Shown here piece by piece: positions 9,187 through 18,646 of a DNA stretch of 64,000 bases. The notes under the pieces were generated by a model. That model was not told the DNA's origin and did not search any database. It worked only from the letters and a program-made list of their open reading frames with translations. The number at the start of each line of letters is the position of its first letter. Position 1 is the first letter of the stretch. This DNA comes from Fuerstiella sp. (GTDB lineage: Bacteria > Planctomycetota > Planctomycetia > Planctomycetales > Planctomycetaceae): assembly GCA_041689795.1 (NCBI GenBank), contig JBDNFN010000396.1, forward strand, positions 16,122-80,121, read 5' to 3'. A program made the translations under genes and the position numbers.

Positions 9187-10647
9187 ATGCTCAAGTCGAT
9201 TTTTCGCATCGTTTGTATTGCCTCGCTTACGTTTACGTCGCCAATCGTTAGTGCTCAAAGTCTGTCGGTCGGCGTTGCTGAAGCGGATATTACGCCGCCG
9301 ATCGGTTTTCCGATGGCCGGGTATTATCACGAACGCCTGGCCGAGGGTCAGAGCGATCCGCTCAAAGCAAAAGCCGTTGTGCTGCGTCAGGGGGATGTGT
9401 TGGCGGCCTTTGTGGTGGCCGACCTGACGGGAATTTCTCGGGATCTGTACGAAGAAGTGAGGCGGAAGGCGTCGAAGGAAACCGGGATTCCGCAGTCACA
9501 TATTGTCCTGAGCGCGACGCATTCGCATACGGCTCCGGATTACAGTGGGCATTTGTATCGCTGTCTCAAAGCCGATGCTGATCCAGCCACAAAGAATTCG
9601 TACCCTTTGCTGCTGATCGACGGGTGCGTTGACGCACTCGTCCGGGCGAACGAAACGGTGCGACCGGTGACGGTTGACGCAGGTACCGGTCAACAGGCAA
9701 CGCCGGTGGCCTTCAATCGCCGTTTTGTTATGAAAGATGGCAGCGTCAAAACCTGGCAGAACTACTCCAATTCGCAGGTCGTGCGTGTCGCAGGTCCGAT
9801 CGATCCTGAAGTCGGGCTGTTAAGATTCAAATCATCAGACAACGGAAAGGCAATTGGCGTTGTCAGTAACTTCTCCCTGCACCTTGATACAGTCGGCGGA
9901 ACAAAATGGAGTGCTGATTACCCGTATTACATCGAACAAAGTCTGCGGAAAGAATTCGGCAACGAGATGATTTCCGTTTTCGGGCTGGGTTGCTGTGGAG
10001 ACATCAATCACTCTGACCCAAACCGCAAGGAACGCAACAAGACCGACTTCATTGGCAACTCAATCGCTGAAACGATCGGCAATGCCCTGCCGCAAATGAA
10101 ACCGGTTGACGCAACTCGGCTTCAGATACGTTCTGCCACTGTCAACCTGCCGATGCTGGAAGTCACACAACAGGATCTGAAACGCGCGGAAGACTTGATT
10201 CCGATCGCCAAAGCCGGTGGAAATGTTGCCTTCTTCGATTTGGTCTCCGCGTACAAAGCGGTTGTGCTGGATCAGCTGCAGAACAAGGAACCTCGAACGG
10301 CTTGCGATGAATTATTGAGCTGGGGGTTGTCGCATACTTGGCGCGGTATTGGAGAAAGCCTGCCGGTCGAAGTCACCACGATCACGATTGGCAACGAGGT
10401 CGCGATCGTGTTTCTGCCGGGTGAGGTCTTTGTGGAACTCGGGCTGGCGATTAAGCAGGCGTCTCCGTATGCCACGACGATGATCTTTGAATTATCGAAC
10501 TGCGTAGAAACAATGTACATCCCCACTCGCGCGGCGTATGCGGGCGGTAGCTATGAAGTGACGAACTCAGCCGTGCAACCGGGTTCCGGTGAGATGCTGG
10601 TGGAAGCTGCGTTGAAATTGCTTCGAGAGTCGGCATCGGCGGAGTAA
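9187..10647 (+). CDS. Secreted neutral/alkaline ceramidase-like hydrolase (N-terminal ceramidase domain family)
   Basis: The start was moved to ATG 9187 (MLKSIFRIVCIASLTFTSPIVSAQS signal). Supporting motifs are GVAEADITPPIGFPMAGYY, LKAKAVVL and SATHSHTAPD, which resemble the neutral ceramidase N-terminal domain. This is pattern-level recognition only. Confidence 0.65.
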   Translation: MLKSIFRIVCIASLTFTSPIVSAQSLSVGVAEADITPPIGFPMAGYYHERLAEGQSDPLKAKAVVLRQGDVLAAFVVADLTGISRDLYEEVRRKASKETGIPQSHIVLSATHSHTAPDYSGHLYRCLKADADPATKNSYPLLLIDGCVDALVRANETVRPVTVDAGTGQQATPVAFNRRFVMKDGSVKTWQNYSNSQVVRVAGPIDPEVGLLRFKSSDNGKAIGVVSNFSLHLDTVGGTKWSADYPYYIEQSLRKEFGNEMISVFGLGCCGDINHSDPNRKERNKTDFIGNSIAETIGNALPQMKPVDATRLQIRSATVNLPMLEVTQQDLKRAEDLIPIAKAGGNVAFFDLVSAYKAVVLDQLQNKEPRTACDELLSWGLSHTWRGIGESLPVEVTTITIGNEVAIVFLPGEVFVELGLAIKQASPYATTMIFELSNCVETMYIPTRAAYAGGSYEVTNSAVQPGSGEMLVEAALKLLRESASAE

Positions 10648-10941
10648 ACATACTTCTGCTTCTTCTGCGTTTGATTCAAACAAGCGTTCCGGCCCCGACC
10701 GAAAGTGAACTTCCGTAGGTTTAGTGGGCGCGGATTAGGGGTGTTTCAAACAGGCATTCCATGTCGAAAAATGGTGTATGAGGATTTGCCTTCGTCAGAG
10801 CCGGTTGCAATTCGCACAGTGTATAGTACCGGCTGTTTGTCCCATTTTAGTTTACAACTGGTCTAGTGGCCGCCAGTAACCAATTGAAGTGCACCGATAA
10901 TCTCCCTGCACTGCGAATGTGATGTAATAATTGCAAGCTGA

Positions 10942-11438
10942 AATGGTCCCACTTCGGATACGAGGACTTTTCCCCAGTTAACAGTAATCTTCATGGCCAC
11001 AACAGATTTGCCATCCGCTTCGCCTCCCGTCTCCAAAGCAATCGAACAGAACTCCATGTTACTGGTCAGGTCGACATCGAATGGGCGACCGGGCACAGGT
11101 TTTACCGGTCAGAACGGCGATGGTTTTCTGCGCATCGCCGGCAATCTGCACGACGTCTCGGTGCAAATCATCGCGCTAATCTACTACAGGTGGACAATTG
11201 AAATCTTCTTCAGAGTTCCAAAGACATCGTCGGCTGCCGCCATCTGCTCAGTCAGTCAAAGAAGGGCATTGAAATCCAAGTCGACTGGGCGATTATCGCG
11301 AGCATGCTGATCAGCCTGTAGACCGGCCGCAAGCCGACACTGCCAACGCACGAAATGATTTGTTGGTACTTCTGCGCCATGGCAGATGAGGAAGAGCTTC
11401 TGGCTCATATCAACCGGCTCGACAAACAGAAGAACTAA
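10942..11438 (+). mobile_element. Remnant of an IS4-family (DDE) transposase gene; N-terminally truncated, frameshifted and interrupted by a stop (pseudogene)
   Basis: The frame from 10942 gives ...GFLRIAGNLHDVSVQIIALIYYRWTIEIFFR. The continuation is in another frame: SSKDIVGCRHLLSQSKKGIEIQVDWAIIASMLISL*TGRKPTLPTHEMICWYFCAMADEEELLAHINRLDKQKN*. YRWxIEIFF followed by GCRHLLS...GIEIQ is the conserved C-terminal block of IS4-type transposases. Only about 150 of roughly 400 expected codons remain. I found no terminal inverted repeats. Confidence 0.7.
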
Positions 11439-11628
11439 TCTAGCGGGACGATGCGTCGTCTCGTCTGCCGAGCTTCACGCTGCGCCAATTTATCTGCGGT
11501 ATCGGCCAACGGCCCCACAACCAGCCAGTTGAGGAACCCGGTCGACACCGAGCCATTCAAGTTTCTACCAATCTCAGCGGAGACAGCACGAAGCGTGCCT
11601 AACACTACTGCATTGTTCCCTGGCTCGC

Positions 11629-11658
11629 CTATAGTGTGTCACTTATTACACACTGTAG
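11629..11658. promoter_or_regulatory. Operator-like inverted repeat upstream of the XRE regulator gene
   Basis: CTATAGTGTGT-N8-ACACACTGTAG matches 10 of 11 positions between the arms (inner 7 bp perfect). It ends 10 nt before the GTG start at 11668. This is the typical geometry for an autoregulated HTH repressor. Confidence 0.35.
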
Positions 11659-11667
11659 GGGATATAG

Positions 11668-11958
11668 GTGAAGAAGAAAGCAGCGGTTAAAGCAAAACTC
11701 CAGCCGAAATCAGGCCGCGAATGGGGACCGAAATCCCCTGAGCTAGTATTTCTAGGCCAGCTATTCTCGCGGCGAATGGGCGAGGCGAGGGACCGGCGAG
11801 GACTCACGCAGCAGCAATTAGCTGATATGCTCGGCTGGTCGCGGATTACGATTAGCCGGCTAGAGAACAATCACCACGCCGCATTCTGGCCAACGCGCTG
11901 AAGATCAATTTGCAGGAATTTCGCCAAAAAGTCCTTGACGAATACAGCATGGAATAAA
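11668..11958 (+). pseudogene. XRE-family helix-turn-helix regulator, apparently frameshifted
   Basis: Frame 1 gives ...RGLTQQQLADMLGWSRITISRLENNHHAAFWPTR* (HTH_3 motif). The expected C-terminal helix continues in a different frame (PRRILANALKINLQEFRQKVLDEYSME*, stop at 11956-11958). A frameshift near 11870-11880 is therefore needed for a full domain. Confidence 0.55.
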
Positions 11959-12127
11959 ATACCACATGTGGTACACCGCCTAAAATGAGCGCGTTGACAC
12001 ACCACTCACGACAACCTGAACTAAGCGGCCACAACCATTGTCACGCAGCTAGCCCGCCAGTAAATCTTCAGCGTATTGCGCCCCCGTTTGAGCCCGTCAC
12101 TAAACCTCACTACCAGCGTTTTTGCTA

Positions 12128-12201
<74 letters not shown>

Positions 12202-12351
12202 TTTTGTAAACACATTTCACTGCATCGTTACGGCTGGTTTTGACCTGCAAACTACAAATCTAAACGGCTGCGGCGAAGCGGTGAACGAGTAGTGTATCGA
12301 CGAGTTTCAATCATTCAACTGGAAGCGACGGAAGCGTTTTCGGAACTTTCG

Positions 12352-13044
12352 TTAATCACCTGCGGAACGCGCTCGACTCACGAAAAACGGTGTTTTTTGG
12401 GAACACTTTCTGCCTGGTTCCATTTCGACTCCGCTGGCCGTGTCGATTCCCCAGGTTCGCGCAATCGAAACTGCGTCTTTCACGTTTTCCGGATTTAATC
12501 CTCCGGCCAGAATTACTGGTGGCAATGTTGCGGTGGAATTTTTAATCCAGTCTCGAACTAATTCCGGCGCGATCTGATGGCCCGTGCCTCCGTATTCGCC
12601 TGGTTTGTACGCGTCCAGAAGTACGGCTCGCAGTGTGATGCCGGCATTCGCCAGTTCCTGCAGCGCCCGGTCGACGGCCGCGAATCCATCCGGACCGACC
12701 CGGAAGGCGCGAATGATATTCACATCGCCAGCAAGTTTTTGAAAATCAGCGATTGTGTCAGCGGATTCTTCACCGTGAAACTGCACCGTATCCAACGAGA
12801 CGATTTCTGTGATGGCGGCGACTTCTTGTGGTGTCGAATTCACAAACACGCCGACAAGTTCGATTCGATCATCCAGCTGATCGCGAATGTCACGAGCGAT
12901 GCCGGTTACTACAAACCGCTTTGACTGCGCGTAGAAATTCAGCCCGATGGCGTCCGCCCCGGATTCCGACACCATTTTGGCGTCGTCGGTATTTGTGATT
13001 CCACAGATCTTTATCCACATATTGGTCTTCATAGCAGCGTTCAT
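12352..13044 (-). CDS. trpF: N-(5'-phosphoribosyl)anthranilate isomerase
   Basis: WIKICGITNTDDAKMVSESGADAIGLNFY...VQFHGEE...LLDAYKPGEYGGTG...VILAGGLNPENV is a full-length PRAI signature. Candidate starts are at 13044, 13032 and 13020. The long upstream extension in the ORF track is unlikely to be translated. Confidence 0.85.
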   Translation of the reverse strand: MNAAMKTNMWIKICGITNTDDAKMVSESGADAIGLNFYAQSKRFVVTGIARDIRDQLDDRIELVGVFVNSTPQEVAAITEIVSLDTVQFHGEESADTIADFQKLAGDVNIIRAFRVGPDGFAAVDRALQELANAGITLRAVLLDAYKPGEYGGTGHQIAPELVRDWIKNSTATLPPVILAGGLNPENVKDAVSIARTWGIDTASGVEMEPGRKCSQKTPFFVSRARSAGD

Positions 13045-13175
13045 ATTCAGAATCAATTGTCTGGCAGTCCTCGAACGGATTTGTTGAGATATGGTAAGTC
13101 GAATCTGCTGACGATGCATCCGACGGTTCGCTTGTCTACACTGCAGTTTCGCCTTCCTCACCTTCGTGCAAGAAA

Positions 13176-15968
13176 ATGAAATTCGGAATGGACTCGGAAC
13201 ACCCGTCATCTGACGAAATTGCTTTACGTTATCTTGAACAGTTGCCGTGGCCCCCGTACCCGTTTCAGGAACGAGCCATTTTGTCGTGGTTTGAAGGCGA
13301 AGACGGAATTTTGGTGTGTGCTCCGACAGGCACGGGTAAGACCGTCATTGCTGAGACGGCTTTGTTCGAAGCGTTGCTTACCGGGCGAAAGGCTTATTAT
13401 ACAACGCCGCTGATTGCTCTGACGGAACAGAAGTTTTATGAGCTTCAGGAATCTGCCGAGCGCTGGGGCTTCAGCAAGGATGACGTGGGGCTGGTAACGG
13501 GTAACCGTAAAATTAATCCTGAAGCGCCGATTCTGGTTGTCGTCGCCGAAATTCTATTGAACCGTTTATTGTCTCCGGATGACTTTCCATTCGACAACGT
13601 GTCCGGTGTGGTGATGGACGAATTCCATAGCTTTAACGATCCGGAACGGGGCATCGTGTGGGAGTTGTCGCTGGGAATGCTGCCGAAGTCGGTTCGAGTT
13701 CTTCTAATCAGTGCAACTGTCGGAAACGCGCCTGAGTTTGTGGTGTGGTTGAACAGGCAACACGGTCGACGATTGCGGCTTCTTCAAAGCGACGAACGGC
13801 GGGTTCCGTTAAGTTTTCGCTGGGTGATTGATCACATGCTGTCGGAGCAGCTTGAGATCATGGCCGACGGCGACGACGACGAGTCACGTTATACTCCGGC
13901 ACTTGTGTTTTGTTTTAATCGCAGTGAGTGCTGGACGATTGCCGAGCAGTTGAAAGGCAAGCGGTTACTGGCAAGCGGACAGCAGAAGCAGTTGCAGATC
14001 GAACTTGATAAGCAGGATTGGTCGCTCGGCGCTGGAGGAAAGTTGAAACAGATTCTGATCCGCGGCGTCGGAATTCACCATGCAGGTTTGCTGCCTCGAT
14101 ATCGTCGAGCGATCGAAGGCCTGTTTCAGAAAAAGCTGCTTTCGATTTGCGTATGCACTGAGACGCTGGCGGCCGGAATTAACCTTCCGGCTCGATCTGT
14201 GGTTATGACGTCGCTATTAAAGGGGCCACGCAATGCAATTAAGGTAATCGACGCCAGTTCGGCTCAGCAGATGTTTGGTCGTGCCGGCCGACCGCAGTTT
14301 GATAATCAGGGTTATGTGTTTGCGGTTGCACATGAAGATGATGTTCGAATTCATCGCTGGCAGGAAAAGTACGACGAAATTCCGGAAGACACCAAAGATC
14401 CCGGATTGCGGCGAGCCAAGAAAAATCTGAAAAAGAAAATGCCTCGTCGTAAGCCGGGGCAGCAATATTCGACTGAGCAGCAGTTGGAAGCATTGCGGAC
14501 TGCATCGCCGGGCAAGCTGGCAAGTCGAGGTCGCTTTCCGTGGCGATTGCTGGCATTTTTGATTCGCAAGTCCGGCTCTGTGTTTATGTTGCGTCAGGCG
14601 ATTCAGAAGCGATTGCTGGATCCGAAAGAGAAGGAAGATGGGGAGAGAAGCCTGAAACGCATGTTGATCACGTTGGATGTCGGTGGATTCATAAAACTGC
14701 AACCGAGTCCACCGCATCGTCAACGCGAAACGACACACGAAACCGCAGCGGGCGACAGCGATACGTTGATGTTCCACAGTCAGGTAGCTGGCACAGGTGT
14801 CATCCTGGCGCTGGACGAAGTCGAGCACGGTAGGTCCGTGCGAACATCCGTTTGGGGTTCGGGACTTCAGCAGTATGAAAATGACGGGCTTGGCGATGTG
14901 GTGGACTTTTCGTCCATCGTCGCTGACGAAGCTACTGACTTCGGCGATGGAATATTCGCGGGTGACGACGTCGTAGACGACGAATCACTCGATGGTGTTT
15001 TAGGGTTCGTGATCGAGTCATCTGATGCAGGCAGCGGTGATGAACGGACCGATGATTTAGCAGTCGAAGAACATGGCTCGGAAGCTTCGGCCGAAAGCAA
15101 CGTAGCTGATGAAGTGCCCTCAGGTGGGGCGTCCGGATTGTTAGGAATGCTGATTCAGGAAGCTCGGAAATCGGGAGGCGTCGCGACTACCAGTGGAGCC
15201 AAACAATCGGTTGGGAAAGCCGGTGGCGGCGGACGTTCTGCCCCGACTGAAATGGCCGACGTGAGATTCAACGATTACGAACCCGAATTGGCAATCGCCA
15301 CGCCTCAGATGGAGATGTTGTTTGCCTTTCGAAGTATCAATTCGATTTACGCAATCTTTCTTGCCGAGCACATGCATAAAGCGAATTACGAAGAACGACT
15401 GCAGTTGCTGGAAGCGGCTTTGGACATGCCGGTTTCTGTGGCCAAAAGCGCGCGGGTGCCGTCTTCTGACAAGCTGCCTGACGGACCTTTGGCGTCCGAG
15501 TATCTTGACGCGGAATTGTTGACTCGCGGACTTGTCACCAAAGACGAACTGACCGGTTACCGCGACGAAGTCACCGAACGATACGTCTTCCCGCTGCGAC
15601 TGGCTGAAAAAATGCACCTGCTGTTTCGGTGCGAGTTTCCAAATATTCACGACGCCAGAAGCACGGCAGTCTGGTGCATCGGCGACCTGCTGCAGTTTGG
15701 TGGCGACTTTAATAAGTACGTTCGAGCTCGGGATTTAACAAAGCAGGAAGGGATTATCTTTCGCCATTGCCTGCGGATGATTTTGCTGTGTGGTGAATTT
15801 GCTCAGATTGAACCACCGGGTATTCCTCCGGAAACATGGAGAAGTGAATTGGCCGAACTGGCCGCACTGCTCACCGATGCCTGCCGCGCCGTTGACCTAA
15901 CAAGCACAGACGAAACACTGACGGCTCTCGAAAGCTGTAAGCTAGACCCGGAACAGCTTGTTCTGTAA
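13176..15968 (+). CDS. Superfamily-2 DEAD/DEAH (Ski2/HelY-like) helicase with a long C-terminal region
   Basis: Motif I is CAPTGTGKT and motif II is MDEFH. SAT-like ISATVGN and HHAGL...ETLAAGINLPA and GRAGRPQFD (motif VI) are also present. The C-terminal ~450 aa includes an acidic low-complexity insert. Confidence 0.85.
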   Translation: MKFGMDSEHPSSDEIALRYLEQLPWPPYPFQERAILSWFEGEDGILVCAPTGTGKTVIAETALFEALLTGRKAYYTTPLIALTEQKFYELQESAERWGFSKDDVGLVTGNRKINPEAPILVVVAEILLNRLLSPDDFPFDNVSGVVMDEFHSFNDPERGIVWELSLGMLPKSVRVLLISATVGNAPEFVVWLNRQHGRRLRLLQSDERRVPLSFRWVIDHMLSEQLEIMADGDDDESRYTPALVFCFNRSECWTIAEQLKGKRLLASGQQKQLQIELDKQDWSLGAGGKLKQILIRGVGIHHAGLLPRYRRAIEGLFQKKLLSICVCTETLAAGINLPARSVVMTSLLKGPRNAIKVIDASSAQQMFGRAGRPQFDNQGYVFAVAHEDDVRIHRWQEKYDEIPEDTKDPGLRRAKKNLKKKMPRRKPGQQYSTEQQLEALRTASPGKLASRGRFPWRLLAFLIRKSGSVFMLRQAIQKRLLDPKEKEDGERSLKRMLITLDVGGFIKLQPSPPHRQRETTHETAAGDSDTLMFHSQVAGTGVILALDEVEHGRSVRTSVWGSGLQQYENDGLGDVVDFSSIVADEATDFGDGIFAGDDVVDDESLDGVLGFVIESSDAGSGDERTDDLAVEEHGSEASAESNVADEVPSGGASGLLGMLIQEARKSGGVATTSGAKQSVGKAGGGGRSAPTEMADVRFNDYEPELAIATPQMEMLFAFRSINSIYAIFLAEHMHKANYEERLQLLEAALDMPVSVAKSARVPSSDKLPDGPLASEYLDAELLTRGLVTKDELTGYRDEVTERYVFPLRLAEKMHLLFRCEFPNIHDARSTAVWCIGDLLQFGGDFNKYVRARDLTKQEGIIFRHCLRMILLCGEFAQIEPPGIPPETWRSELAELAALLTDACRAVDLTSTDETLTALESCKLDPEQLVL

Positions 15969-16011
15969 TGTCAGTCCGTTCTGAATTGATTCTTTCGAAA
16001 GCCTGAAGCCG

Positions 16012-16953
16012 ATGCAACTTCCACTAATATCTCGACGCCAAATACTGGGGTACTCTGCCGCTGGATTTCTGGCTGCATCTAAATCCTCACTTGCAAAAAA
16101 CGAAAGCTCTGATGGGTTTGAATTCAGATATCTGGTTGGTTCGTGCATGTACGGCTATCTGTATCTTGGTGAGATCCTTCCGGAGGTTTCTAAATGCGGC
16201 AGCACGCATCTGGATATCTGGCCAAAGAATCACGGTAACCAACGGGAACAGCTGGAAGATCTGGGCGAGGAATTGTTTGCTGCGATGTTGAAGAAGCACA
16301 ACATTGCATTGGGCTGTATTACGCAATACAAGCTTGGCCCGTTTGGGCTTCAGGAAGAAATGAAACTTGCCGCGAGGCTTGGCTGCAGAACAATTGTCAC
16401 CGGTGGAAGCGGGCCCAAAGGATTGATCGGTTCTGAACTGAAAGCGGCCGTCGCTGCCTTTGTGGAAAAGATGAAGCCTCATCTTGCCATCGCTGAAGAA
16501 ACGGGCGTCACTATTGCGATTGAGAACCATGGTAACAATCTGATCGATTCACCGGATTCGCTGAAGTATCTCGCTGAACTACGACCTTCAAAGCATCTTG
16601 CCGTAGCCTTGGCTCCGTATCATCTGGAACAGAATCCTGAAATGTTGGGAGGACTGATTCGTGATCTCGGCGATGCAATTGAAGTGTTCTATGCGTGGGA
16701 GCACGGCGATGGGTGCACCACTCGGTTGCCCAAAATTCAGGAATTGAAGCAGTTGCCAGGGAAAGGTCCGCTTGACTTTGGTCCGCTTGTGAAAGCGCTG
16801 ATAGACATCAGGTACTGTGGCTGGACCGAAATCTTTATGCACCCCGTGCCGCGAGGAATTCCGATTCTGGAAACCGCCACAGAGGTGACAGTGGAAATCA
16901 ACAGGTCGCGTCAGTACCTGGAATCCATGATCGCAGCAACAGGAAAAATCTAA
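16012..16953 (+). CDS. Tat-exported sugar phosphate isomerase/epimerase (xylose isomerase-like TIM barrel)
   Basis: Twin-arginine signal MQLPLISRRQILGYSAAGFLAAS. The AP-endonuclease-2/xylose-isomerase-like pattern is present (GCRTIVTGG, IAIENHGN). Confidence 0.75.
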   Translation: MQLPLISRRQILGYSAAGFLAASKSSLAKNESSDGFEFRYLVGSCMYGYLYLGEILPEVSKCGSTHLDIWPKNHGNQREQLEDLGEELFAAMLKKHNIALGCITQYKLGPFGLQEEMKLAARLGCRTIVTGGSGPKGLIGSELKAAVAAFVEKMKPHLAIAEETGVTIAIENHGNNLIDSPDSLKYLAELRPSKHLAVALAPYHLEQNPEMLGGLIRDLGDAIEVFYAWEHGDGCTTRLPKIQELKQLPGKGPLDFGPLVKALIDIRYCGWTEIFMHPVPRGIPILETATEVTVEINRSRQYLESMIAATGKI

Positions 16954-17039
16954 GACGGCCTTTGTAACGCCACGTTTAGCAGTCCCCTGAGACTGTTGCC
17001 GCCGTTGTATTACAGTTAACGGAACGCCTTGCGATAGAC

Positions 17040-17064
17040 CGGGCGAAAGTTCGTTTTCGGCCCG
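17040..17064. terminator. GC-rich hairpin between convergent genes (possible terminator)
   Basis: CGGGCGAAA-GTTCGT-TTTCGGCCCG forms a roughly 9-bp stem with one bulge. It lies 5 nt beyond the stop of the minus-strand membrane protein gene. There is no clear U-tract. Confidence 0.3.
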
Positions 17065-17068
17065 ACGT

Positions 17069-18646
17069 CTAGTTGTACAGGGTGACTCGCGACAACGTGC
17101 CGGCGGGTTGTGTTTTCTGCGGTTCAGGCAGTCGCGACGTCGTGCTGGAGTTGTTGGCTTCGGGAGGAACAAAGCGGTCCAGCCGAGGACGGAACACGAC
17201 CAGCAGCAGCAATGGCAGATACCACAGCACATAGCTTCCAACGTCTTCCGGATACCACAACTGAGCTGCCACAATCAGAGCGGTGGAGTTGGATAGCAAA
17301 TTTTCCAGATTTCTTTTTCGAGGAATCACCGTCATCGCAACCAGCATGACAAAGAACGAAGCCGCCAACGTGATTCGCAAAAACATGTGACCGATCGTCG
17401 TTTCCGGCATCGGCGACGCTGCATCGAACAGTCGGAAAACCGTCCAGTTGGCAGTCACCACCAACTTGTTGACAAACGAATCAGTGTTTTCAGACGTGAG
17501 TGCAAACGTTGCAAGAACAACTGCGGCCACGGCGGCAAGTGACACGCAAAATCGTAGACCGCCCTTCCGTCCGTAGAATACAGCCCAGACTGGCAGCAGG
17601 AAAATGGCGAAGAATAGTGTCCCACAGGCAAGCCCCAGTAGTACGCCGGCAACAGCCGGTTTTCGATAGCTGGCAAACGCCCAGGTTAAGCACGCACCAG
17701 GAACTACGTGACTTAGTTCATGCACATTGTACGCCGTGCAGGGCAGCAGCAGATATAGGCAGCTCATGGCAATGCCCAGTTGCATGCTGCAGAAATGTTT
17801 CCGGCCGATGTACAGCAAGCCCAGGACGACCGTGGTATGAGCGATAACAACCAGAATTCTGGCGATGAAGGCTTCGGTCGGAGTCTTGTCAGTATTCGAT
17901 CTTGTCTGCAGTGAATTGCCACCGGAAAGTTCAGCAACCTTTGCCGCTGCAGCAGCCAGCATCGTTTCAGTGGCGGCCGGAGTTTTCGATTGCCCATCTG
18001 TCGAAACCGCAGATTCCTGTCCTTCCAGCAATGCCACTCCCGAGACCACAGCGGCCACGTTTTTTGATGGGATTTCTTTGATAAAGACGCCCGTCATCAG
18101 AATCGAAAACGCTGGCAGAAACAGAAATGTTAACCCCGCCTGATTTAGGTTCTGCTCGAGTCGCGGGCGCCGCGTCAAAGATTCATCAAACGTTAACCGA
18201 ATGATCAATAGGATAGACAGACTGAGTACCGCGATTGATGTCCAGCGATAGACGCCATTGTCATCAGCGGCTGGTGGAGCGACAACTTTGGACCTAGTGT
18301 CCAGGGCTGCGGATGACTTGTCTGCAATCAGTTCGTTTTCACTCGTTCCGGCTGCGGCGCTATCGTCTTCGGTCGTTTCGTTTAAAGTTGAGGCCGGTTT
18401 CTCTGGAACCTCGGAGGTTTCGACGATCGGCTGCAGGTTCGCAGTGGAAGAAGCAGCCACCTTGGTTGGTTTCGACGCAGCGGCCACAACCAACGCTGTC
18501 GACAGCAGCAGTACCAGAATCAAGTCCAGATTGCGCACGCTGATCAGTCGCGAAAACCGGAAGAAAACGGCAATCACGAGAAGCGAGACGTACAAAAGCC
18601 ACGTCGGACTTTCGACAGTCACAAACAAGAATTGGTTGTGTTCCAT
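17069..18646 (-). CDS. Polytopic integral membrane protein of unknown function
   Basis: 525-aa ORF with many hydrophobic segments (for example LLYVSLLVIAVFF, VLSLSILLIIRL, FLFLPAFSILMTGVF, VVLGLLYIG, GTLFFAIFLLPVWAVFY). A Ser/Thr/Ala/Glu-rich loop follows TM2. No catalytic motif was recognised. Confidence 0.6.
   Translation of the reverse strand: MEHNQFLFVTVESPTWLLYVSLLVIAVFFRFSRLISVRNLDLILVLLLSTALVVAAASKPTKVAASSTANLQPIVETSEVPEKPASTLNETTEDDSAAAGTSENELIADKSSAALDTRSKVVAPPAADDNGVYRWTSIAVLSLSILLIIRLTFDESLTRRPRLEQNLNQAGLTFLFLPAFSILMTGVFIKEIPSKNVAAVVSGVALLEGQESAVSTDGQSKTPAATETMLAAAAAKVAELSGGNSLQTRSNTDKTPTEAFIARILVVIAHTTVVLGLLYIGRKHFCSMQLGIAMSCLYLLLPCTAYNVHELSHVVPGACLTWAFASYRKPAVAGVLLGLACGTLFFAIFLLPVWAVFYGRKGGLRFCVSLAAVAAVVLATFALTSENTDSFVNKLVVTANWTVFRLFDAASPMPETTIGHMFLRITLAASFFVMLVAMTVIPRKRNLENLLSNSTALIVAAQLWYPEDVGSYVLWYLPLLLLVVFRPRLDRFVPPEANNSSTTSRLPEPQKTQPAGTLSRVTLYN

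Noticed and set aside
10781-10788. A possible att direct repeat of the tRNA-Pro 3' end (AGGATTTG also occurs at 12139-12146).
   Set aside because: Only 8 nt match and the flanks diverge. That is within chance expectation for a 1.5-kb region.
10863-11096. A 77-aa minus-strand ORF in the mobile-element remnant.
   Set aside because: It is antisense to the recognisable transposase fragment and has no motif of its own.
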